The notes: a model not told the origin generated them from the letters alone. A stretch of 32,000 nt of DNA from Candidatus Nitrospira inopinata (GCF_001458695.1 NZ_LN885086.1:1830001-1862000), one strand, 5' to 3'; shown: positions 9,752 to 15,509, numbered from the stretch's first letter. Made by a program: numbers and translations.

Positions 9752-9948
9752 AGGTCCTTGCGCATCCCTTTGGCTTTTGCATCGAGCGCTTCACGCACCA
9801 AGCAATCCAGCTTTCCAGCTATGGAGTCGGCCTCGATTTCCTTGCTCCAACGCCCCCAATCCTTTTCTGACAGCCATCGGCCAAGTTCGGCGAATTGTTC
9901 CGGAGAGAGTTGCTCGATTTCCGTTTCGAGTTCATCTATCGTTGCCAC
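9748..9948 (-). CDS. Small antitoxin-like protein (addiction-module component look-alike)
   Basis: 66 aa from GTG 9948, with AGGGGAGGG 6 nt upstream. The sequence VATIDELETEIEQLSPEQFAELGRWL...WSKEIEADSIAGKLDCLVREALDAKAKG resembles small antitoxins paired with RelE/ParE toxins. It has a 4-nt overlap with the downstream toxin. Confidence 0.65.
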   Translation of the reverse strand: MATIDELETEIEQLSPEQFAELGRWLSEKDWGRWSKEIEADSIAGKLDCLVREALDAKAKGMRKDL

Positions 9949-10376
9949 GGATTTCCCTCCCCTCACTGATCTGGACCGCCAATTCCTCGGCTTGCGACCG
10001 GGAGAGGATCATTCATCGTAGGCCTTCAACGGTATTCAACAGTAGGCCCCGCATCGCAACCGCTGCGCCATATCACTCAGGACTTTGGGAGGGAACCGCT
10101 CGTTATGAGATGAAGCTGACGAGTGGTCCGCAGGATGGAGGATAGAGGCGGAGCTCGTTGTTTTTGCCGTCGACTGTCAGGGGATTCACAGGGCGGCAGA
10201 TTGTCGAGTCGGGAAACAGAAAGGGCACAGTCATATTTGCTCCAGATAGTGATTCACTTCATGTAGCACAAAGCCAAACGTCCCCTTATTCTCTCCCTAC
10301 CCGAGTATCGATTACGCCATGCATCCATGGGCTCATCATGTTCTCACCGTGTGCTCCCGACCTCTCGAATTGTGTA

Positions 10377-10436
10377 GGCTAACGCTAAAGCTCAGCCGCG
10401 CCGCGTAGCGGCGTCGGCTGGAGCGCCTTGTTGGGC
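10377..10436 (-). repeat. attC recombination site (60 bp), top strand on minus
   Basis: The minus strand reads GCCCAAC-AAGGC-GCTCCAGCCGACGCCGC-TAC-GCGGCGCGGCTGAGC-TTTAGC-GTTAGCC. It has RYYYAAC and GTTRRRY-type ends and imperfect inner arms, with two extra bases (T and G on the + = bottom strand). The stop codon of the 591-aa ORF lies 10 nt upstream. Confidence 0.85.
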
Positions 10437-10446
10437 GACAATCCCG

Positions 10447-12222
10447 TCATGACATCCGCTTTTCTATGCTCTCAAGCTCGTCGGCGACTTGTGCGCACAC
10501 ATGATGGAAGTGATTGGCGAACGTTTCATGCTCCATCAAAGCATTCTGCGCCAACTGCTGGGCCTCGCTGCCGCCGGCATGCCCCTTGGCTTTTGAGCGC
10601 AAGAGCTGGACTGTTCGCAAGCCGGCCAGCCTCCCAACCCCCGTGCTGGACTTGCTCAGGAGCTTTTCGAGCAACGCTATTGTCTTGTCCTCCTTGGCGT
10701 ATGAAACTTGCCCTTCATCTAGTCGAGTTCGGATCACTTTTGTTTCAAAGCCCTCGATAACCAGCTTTGCAAGATCCATGAATACCTCAGCCCATTCATC
10801 GCGACTCTCCGTTAGAGGCGTATTCACACGCTTAAGCAGCATCTCATCCCGAAGTGTCCACCATGCAACCTTGTCGTCGTGCCAGCGCTGAACGATAGAT
10901 AAGACCTTCTGCAGCGGCTGTACGAAGTTCACAAACTCGCCCTCGAAATCATTGATGAAGGCGCGTTTGGAGATACTGGCTTTCGGTGGCTCGTTGTAGG
11001 AGAGCCAGTGCAGCTGCTCCTTGTACGGAAGGCGGCGCAGGTAGCAGATGTAAGCGTGTACCTGACCCGCTTCGTTAACGTCGATTGCTTCAAGGTGCCA
11101 CGCTGCCCGGCATGAGACATCACGATCGCTCACTGTGTACTTGTCACGATCTGCCTTGTACTTCAGTAGAACTTCCGGCCCGAAGAACGCGGGCGATAGT
11201 TCGAAAGGCAGTGTGTTTTCCTTGGCCTGAAAATAGTCCGTCGTGGCCGCCGGGTCAGTGGAGATTCCCGTCACGCGCTGATTGCGCCAATCGTAGGCGA
11301 TGAACTCGACGTACTGCTTGTTCTTCCTTCCGAACCATCGGTCCGTGATACCCGTGAAGATAGCTTCCGGAGAGCGACGAGGGCGGATGATCTGTACACC
11401 CCGCGTGTAGGCCGCATAGCTAGGCATGACTTGCCGGCGGTAGAAGAAATCGGGCGATTCGATGATTTCCTGCGTCGGCCCCTCTGACCAGCCGGAGAAT
11501 CCGGAGCGCCGCAGCAAAGTGAAATCAAACATCCTTACGAGCGAAGCGTTGGACGCCGCAAGGTACTCCTCCAGCGGCGCCCACTTAAAGGAGACGAGTG
11601 CCATATTGCTGGCCTTGTCCTCGCGGCTGGTCACGGAAACAACGGGCTCAAGATCACCAAGTTCATTGAAGCGGCAGTAGGCTCGCATTTCGGGACGCCA
11701 GTGGATGTCGGTCAGATGCGCGTACTCCTGATGGAGCTCGTGGTAGGTGCGGCCCGGCCCAGTCCAGCCTTCGAACGTTCGGACGAAGATCAACTGCATG
11801 GCATTTTTCAGCGTGTTGGTGCCTGTTCCGCTCAGGCCTCGTTCGACCCACACGCCCTCGCACCCACCCCCGGTCACATAGCTGGCGATTGACGTGAAAG
11901 GCTTGAAGCTCCATTGCATCAGGTCTTGCTGGTCAACAGGTGCGAGCCGGTCATTCGGAACGGCGACCGAGTGGATCAACGTGTATTCACCCGACGCGTG
12001 AATGACCAGTTCATCGGCGCGGGCGTTCTTGCGCAGGAAATCGAGATGCGCCTCAGCCTCTATCCACTCGGAAAAGGGTTTGGAATCCGCCGGTACTTCG
12101 TCGAGTCTAGTGATTGCCTCAATCAGCTTCTTGTGTTCGTAATTGTGCAACCATTCCCTCCTGTTACTCGGCCTCAATGTGCCTGGCGTCGGCGCTCCGC
12201 TTGAGCGAGGGGTTAGGGTCAC
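10447..12222 (-). CDS. Large hypothetical protein (567-591 aa), cassette B gene 2, with a C-terminal Rx5H (HEPN-like?) helical region
   Basis: Long uninterrupted ORF with balanced amino-acid composition, unlike the Arg/Pro-rich shadow ORFs. The track start GTG 12222 has no SD, whereas TTG 12150 has AGGAGG 6 nt upstream. I saw no Walker A, TM segment or known catalytic signature. The C-terminus contains LRTVQLLRSKAKGHAGG. Confidence 0.8.
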   Translation of the reverse strand: MTLTPRSSGAPTPGTLRPSNRREWLHNYEHKKLIEAITRLDEVPADSKPFSEWIEAEAHLDFLRKNARADELVIHASGEYTLIHSVAVPNDRLAPVDQQDLMQWSFKPFTSIASYVTGGGCEGVWVERGLSGTGTNTLKNAMQLIFVRTFEGWTGPGRTYHELHQEYAHLTDIHWRPEMRAYCRFNELGDLEPVVSVTSREDKASNMALVSFKWAPLEEYLAASNASLVRMFDFTLLRRSGFSGWSEGPTQEIIESPDFFYRRQVMPSYAAYTRGVQIIRPRRSPEAIFTGITDRWFGRKNKQYVEFIAYDWRNQRVTGISTDPAATTDYFQAKENTLPFELSPAFFGPEVLLKYKADRDKYTVSDRDVSCRAAWHLEAIDVNEAGQVHAYICYLRRLPYKEQLHWLSYNEPPKASISKRAFINDFEGEFVNFVQPLQKVLSIVQRWHDDKVAWWTLRDEMLLKRVNTPLTESRDEWAEVFMDLAKLVIEGFETKVIRTRLDEGQVSYAKEDKTIALLEKLLSKSSTGVGRLAGLRTVQLLRSKAKGHAGGSEAQQLAQNALMEHETFANHFHHVCAQVADELESIEKRMS

Positions 12223-12234
12223 CGTGTGCTCGTG

Positions 12235-12873
12235 CTATTGCGCTCGGAACAGGTGCTTTAGATAAGGACGGAGTTGGGGAAACTCCGTTCGAGCCTCTTC
12301 GAAGTAGTCTTCGTATTGCGGCATTGCATCAACCAAACGCGGCTTAAGCGCAAGCTGTGCGTCAAGTTGCTGCCGAAGATGTGCCTCTGTCATCGCGCCC
12401 ATCGACCAGTATCTCGAAGGACGAAGGAACGGCTCGCGGTTATCCCAAACACATCGAGCCAGATCCGTAAACATGAATCTCCCATCCTCGGCTGGTGGTT
12501 CGTCGTCGGGTAGCAAGATGGCCATGCGAACTGGCGCGTGGCCATCCGAGCGCGAGAACTCGCGCTCATCATCATTACTATAGTCATAGCGTCCATGAAT
12601 CAGCAAGCCGCTCGACGGACAGCGAACTAAGGCCTCATGCTCAATCTCACCGGCCATTCCTCCAAGAAATGGAAGATATAACCTTGGGACAGTTAGTCGG
12701 TATCTTGCAATCGGGTCACCGCGCTTTATCCAGGCGTAGTTCGTTCTGTCTCGGAGCCCAGTGAGCGCGCCTGAGTGACTGAACGTACCCCCAAAGACGG
12801 CTGGTACCAGGAGCATCTTCGTGCCGAGGGTGACCCCGGCTGGAACTTCGCCTCTGCGGTATTGCTCAGTCAT
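12235..12873 (-). CDS. Hypothetical protein (212 aa), cassette B gene 1
   Basis: ATG 12873 has AAGGAA 5 nt upstream. The stop is 12 nt (or 84 nt) ahead of the next ORF's start. No domain recognised. Confidence 0.75.
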   Translation of the reverse strand: MTEQYRRGEVPAGVTLGTKMLLVPAVFGGTFSHSGALTGLRDRTNYAWIKRGDPIARYRLTVPRLYLPFLGGMAGEIEHEALVRCPSSGLLIHGRYDYSNDDEREFSRSDGHAPVRMAILLPDDEPPAEDGRFMFTDLARCVWDNREPFLRPSRYWSMGAMTEAHLRQQLDAQLALKPRLVDAMPQYEDYFEEARTEFPQLRPYLKHLFRAQ

Positions 12874-12932
12874 GTCGGTTCCTTGGGGGAGGGTCGGGAA
12901 GCGGGTTGCTACGCGAGCCGTTAGTTCGTGAC

Positions 12933-12996
12933 GCCTAACGCTCCGGTTCAGCGGCGGGCCGCGCAGCGGACCGTCCGCTGCAACCGGTTGTTAGGC
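12933..12996 (-). repeat. attC recombination site (64 bp), top strand on minus
   Basis: The + strand reads GCCTAAC-GCTCC-GGTTCAGCGG...CCGCTGCAACC-GGTT-GTTAGGC. The 7-nt ends are perfect inverted repeats. The inner arms pair with one extra base in the right arm of the + strand. The 98-aa ORF stop lies 9 nt away. Confidence 0.85.
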
Positions 12997-13005
12997 TCCC
13001 TTCGT

Positions 13006-13302
13006 TCACGTCGTGTGCTTCTGCACCGTGAACGTGCGGTCGATGAATATGTTGACCTCCGCATCGATCGACCCGCCAACGCCTGACCAGAAGTGGATTC
13101 TGAGCCGATCTCCTTCGGCGGTCAGGTCCAAGGCTGTGTTATCAAGACCGAGATCGAGCATGCTGTTCAGCTCTGCCACGATCGCCCACAACCGTCGGTG
13201 GAGGAGGTCCCTCACTTCAGAACCAATCTGGTGCTCCAGAGGTCCGAGTTGAGCGTTCAGGATGGAGACACGCTGCAAGAGGTCGTCGAATCGACTTGTC
13301 AC
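13006..13302 (-). CDS. Hypothetical protein (98 aa), cassette A gene 2
   Basis: GTG 13302 overlaps the upstream stop codon (GTGA, 13299-13302), suggesting translational coupling. No domain recognised. Confidence 0.65.
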   Translation of the reverse strand: MTSRFDDLLQRVSILNAQLGPLEHQIGSEVRDLLHRRLWAIVAELNSMLDLGLDNTALDLTAEGDRLRIHFWSGVGGSIDAEVNIFIDRTFTVQKHTT

Positions 13303-13964
13303 GACGGCGGCGACTCCCGTGTGACCGTCTCTGCGGATGTGATCTTGCCGGCAGCCACCAAGCGTACCAACGGCCGCTGTTCAAGCACGACAGCGGAGAC
13401 AAGCTGTCGCGTTTCCTTCTTCGTGTAGCCGAGTTCCTGCGCCAGACCGACGAACTGCTTGGCAATCTCGACCTGCAGCTGCTGGTTCTCAAGTTCGCGG
13501 CGTTCATTCTCTAACGAACGCTGGCGCCTTGTGGACCAGTGCTCGATGAGCCGAACCAAGAGATCCTTCAGGTGACCGACGATCTCGCCGATCCCGACGA
13601 GGTCCTTGATGCCGGGGGAACCGTAAAGCACGCGCTGCACGACCAAGCGCTCGTCTGGCTCCAGCAGTTCGGAGGCGACTGCGAAGGGGACCTCGCCGCG
13701 GCCCAGCAGCGGGGCACGCCCGGAGCGGAGGACCGACGGGGGAGCCAGTCGTGCCCAGGTGCGGAGAGACCTGAGCGATCGGGGAAACGGGGGGAAAGGC
13801 GCGTCCATGTAGAAGTCGCGCAACTCACGAAGCTCCTCGATCTCCAAGGCGAGCGCGAAACGCAGCGCGTAGAGGCGATCGAGTGCGTTGAAGGACGTCG
13901 CGAACTCGCCCGCCTCCCAAGCGCCATCGATGCCAACTCGGAGTACCTGCCGTTCCTCGTTCAT
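13299..13964 (-). CDS. Hypothetical coiled-coil protein (221 aa), cassette A gene 1
   Basis: ATG 13964 is only 22 nt from the attC core, with AAGAGG upstream. There is a central heptad-like segment, RRQRSLENERRELENQQLQVEIAKQF. No domain recognised. Confidence 0.7.
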   Translation of the reverse strand: MNEERQVLRVGIDGAWEAGEFATSFNALDRLYALRFALALEIEELRELRDFYMDAPFPPFPRSLRSLRTWARLAPPSVLRSGRAPLLGRGEVPFAVASELLEPDERLVVQRVLYGSPGIKDLVGIGEIVGHLKDLLVRLIEHWSTRRQRSLENERRELENQQLQVEIAKQFVGLAQELGYTKKETRQLVSAVVLEQRPLVRLVAAGKITSAETVTRESPPS

Positions 13965-13986
13965 ACCGTTGATGCCTCTTTTTGGA

Positions 13987-14056
13987 GCCTAACGTTCGGG
14001 TTCAGCCGCATTGCGGAGCACAGCGGAACAACGTCGGCTGCAACCCGTTGTTAGCC
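13987..14056 (-). repeat. attC recombination site (70 bp), top strand on minus
   Basis: The + strand reads GCCTAAC-GTTCG-GGTTCAGCCG...CGGCTGCAACC-CGTT-GTTAGCC. It has the same architecture and the same side for the extra base as the attC at 12933-12996. Confidence 0.85.
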
Positions 14057-14138
14057 AGCCGGCGAAGACGGTATAGGCACTAACGTGCACGCACATATCG
14101 GCAGACCAGCGCACCCGTGCTTGCTTTAGCAGTCGATA

Positions 14139-14668
14139 TCAATTCGAACGGTATTGCTTTCCCGTTTGTGGTAAAGATCGTCTACCCCCGCCAAGAATCA
14201 TTGGCCCGATCGTCAGCAATAACTCATCGACAAGATCCGCAGCGAGCAACGACCGAACCATCATCGCGCTGCCGTACACATAGATGTAGCCCCCCGGCTG
14301 CGCCCGCAGGTCGGACACTTTTTGCAAGAAGTCATCACCACGGATGATCGTCGTAGGATGCCATGTGATGTCCTTTTCGCTGAGCGTGTTGGACACCACG
14401 TACTTCTGCACCTTGTTGATCCAGTCTGAGAACGGGTCTCCCGAGCGGCTTGGCCAAGCGGCGGCGGACGTTTGATAGGTGGGCGTCCATGCAAGAGCGC
14501 GTCACTCTGCTTGGCGAGGTCGTCAAACGTGCCGCCGATCACTTCTGGGTCAAAGTACTTCAAAAACCATCCGCCATGGGCAAAGTCGCCGTCCGTGTCT
14601 TCCTTCGCCCCACCTGGAGCCTGGACAACACCGTCCAAGCTGATGAATTCAGTGACTAGCGTCTTCAT
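14139..14668 (-). pseudogene. Dihydrofolate-reductase-like (RibD C-terminal domain family) gene with a 1-nt frameshift
   Basis: The first frame reads MKTLVTEFISLDGVVQAPGG...SDALLHGR. The family-typical continuation TYQTSAAAWPSRSGDPFSDWINKVQKYVVSNTL...YVYGSAMMVRSLLAADLVDELLLTIGPMILGGG is in another frame. The switch is at about 14479-14484 (a C run). The span is 530 nt, which is 531 minus 1. Confidence 0.75.
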
Positions 14669-14704
14669 GGGGTCTCTTGTTTATACGACTGTGGGATCTG
14701 TGCT

Positions 14705-14793
14705 GGCTAACTATTGAGTAGATTGGTCAGCCTATCCCCGCCAACCGGTTTCTTGGTTGCGGCCGATCCTAATAAGCGTTGCCCATACTTAGC
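14705..14793 (-). repeat. Degenerate attC-like imperfect palindrome
   Basis: GGCTAACTAT (14705-14714) pairs with ATACTTAGC (14785-14793). The inner arms ATTGGTCAGCC / GGCCGATCCTAAT pair with bulges. The spacers are non-canonical and one core reads CTTAGC rather than GTTAGC. Confidence 0.3.
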
Positions 14794-14861
14794 AAGACTT
14801 TTCTCACCCCTCTGGAGCCTGACAAACACCGCATGCTAGGTCAGCCTATCCCGGCGTGCCG

Positions 14862-15086
14862 TCACGGCTCTCCGCCCCGCCTGTCAGGGGGTGGATGGTC
14901 TATGTCCGAGGCGGTCAGCCGGGCTGTGGTTATGATGACGTATTGATGTCGGCGGGCAAATTCAAAAATGGCGCGATCGTCGAGCGCTCTGCCAGGGTGA
15001 TCGTGGATGTGGATGGCATCGTGTCCGCGTTCGCGCAGCCAACCAGCGAGGCCTGGTGGGAGGTTGGCGTCCACGAGAAATGTCAT
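14862..15086 (-). pseudogene. DUF5615-type (PIN-like, Mut7-C-related) toxin gene, probably 3'-truncated
   Basis: MTFLVDANLPPGLAGWLRERGHDAIHI...DDRAIFEFARRHQYVIIT matches the DUF5615 N-terminal pattern. The usual C-terminal third is missing (74 aa). The gene abuts a partial attC-arm copy. Confidence 0.55.
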
Positions 15087-15286
15087 GTGGCTTGTGCCGG
15101 CATGATCGTATGGTCCAAGTATGCAGCGGCGTAGGTGATCGCGGCTCGATCGTGATGGCGCAGATATTTCCATCCTTGTCGATATCGAGTTGAGTGTCTG
15201 CATCCAAATCTCTTGTCCCTGACACCGGTGCCGTTTTGAATTCGATGTCCAGTGGGTCGGTGTCGTTGAAAATGTTTGATTGTCAT
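15083..15286 (-). pseudogene. DUF2283-type antitoxin gene with internal frame disruption
   Basis: The ATG frame gives MTIKHF. The conserved core FNDTDPLDIEFKTAPVSGTRDLDADTQLDIDKDGNICAITIE is in a different frame, reached after a T4 run. The stop (ATGA overlap with the DUF5615 start) is back in the first frame. Confidence 0.6.
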
Positions 15287-15468
15287 GGCTTGAACCCTCG
15301 GTCGAAAAAGACATTGTGGACTGTTTCACGATCGGACAGTAATGCCACCAGCACGTATCTGTTTCCCATTTCTTTTATCGGGGCCCAGCGGCGGATGCGT
15401 CCGTCTTTCTGAACCGTTTCTCCACCGGGCTGACGGTTAGGAATGCCGGCCGGCGTGGTATGCCAACA
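15283..15468 (-). pseudogene. DUF4258-like toxin gene remnant, 5'-truncated
   Basis: An open frame without a start codon reads ...GETVQKDGRIRRWAPIKEMGNRYVLVALLSDRETVHNVFFDRGFKP*. Its stop overlaps the DUF2283 ATG (ATGA). The pattern matches the DUF4258 C-terminal half as I recall it. Confidence 0.5.
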
Positions 15469-15470
15469 TC

Positions 15471-15509
15471 ATCTGAAAAATGCATCTGAAAAATACGTCT
15501 GAAAAATAC
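15471..15509. repeat. Three tandem 13-nt repeats (ATCTGAAAAATGC / ATCTGAAAAATAC / GTCTGAAAAATAC)
   Basis: Read directly. The repeats abut the truncation point of the DUF4258-like remnant. Confidence 0.9.

Larger units (their letters stand above)
10383..12938 (-). mobile_element. Integron gene cassette B (2556 bp, two ORFs)
   Basis: It is bounded by the G/TT crossover positions inferred in the R' cores of the attCs at 12933-12996 and 10377-10436. Confidence 0.75.
12939..13992 (-). mobile_element. Integron gene cassette A (1054 bp, two overlapping ORFs)
   Basis: It is bounded by the inferred G/TT crossover points of the attCs at 13987-14056 and 12933-12996. Confidence 0.75.

Noticed and set aside
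10158-10382. 74-aa + strand ORF and other + strand ORFs (9582-10145, 9629-10021) in the array
   Set aside because: They run on the strand opposite to all cassette genes and overlap the antitoxin and toxin. They lack an SD and have odd composition.
10377-14056. Whether the recurring palindromes are a CRISPR array or generic REP elements
   Set aside because: The spacing is 1-2.5 kb and contains full genes. The repeats differ in length (60/64/70 bp) and share only cores and architecture. There are no cas genes. The pattern fits attC, not CRISPR.
14078-14136. Possible extra attC (CACTAAC...TTTAGCA) between the DHFR-like stop and attC 13987-14056
   Set aside because: Only a weak GTGCACGC/GCGCAC pairing is present. 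The cores do not fit RYYYAAC/GTTRRRY and the spacers are far from canonical. It is more likely a 3' remnant of the truncated gene.
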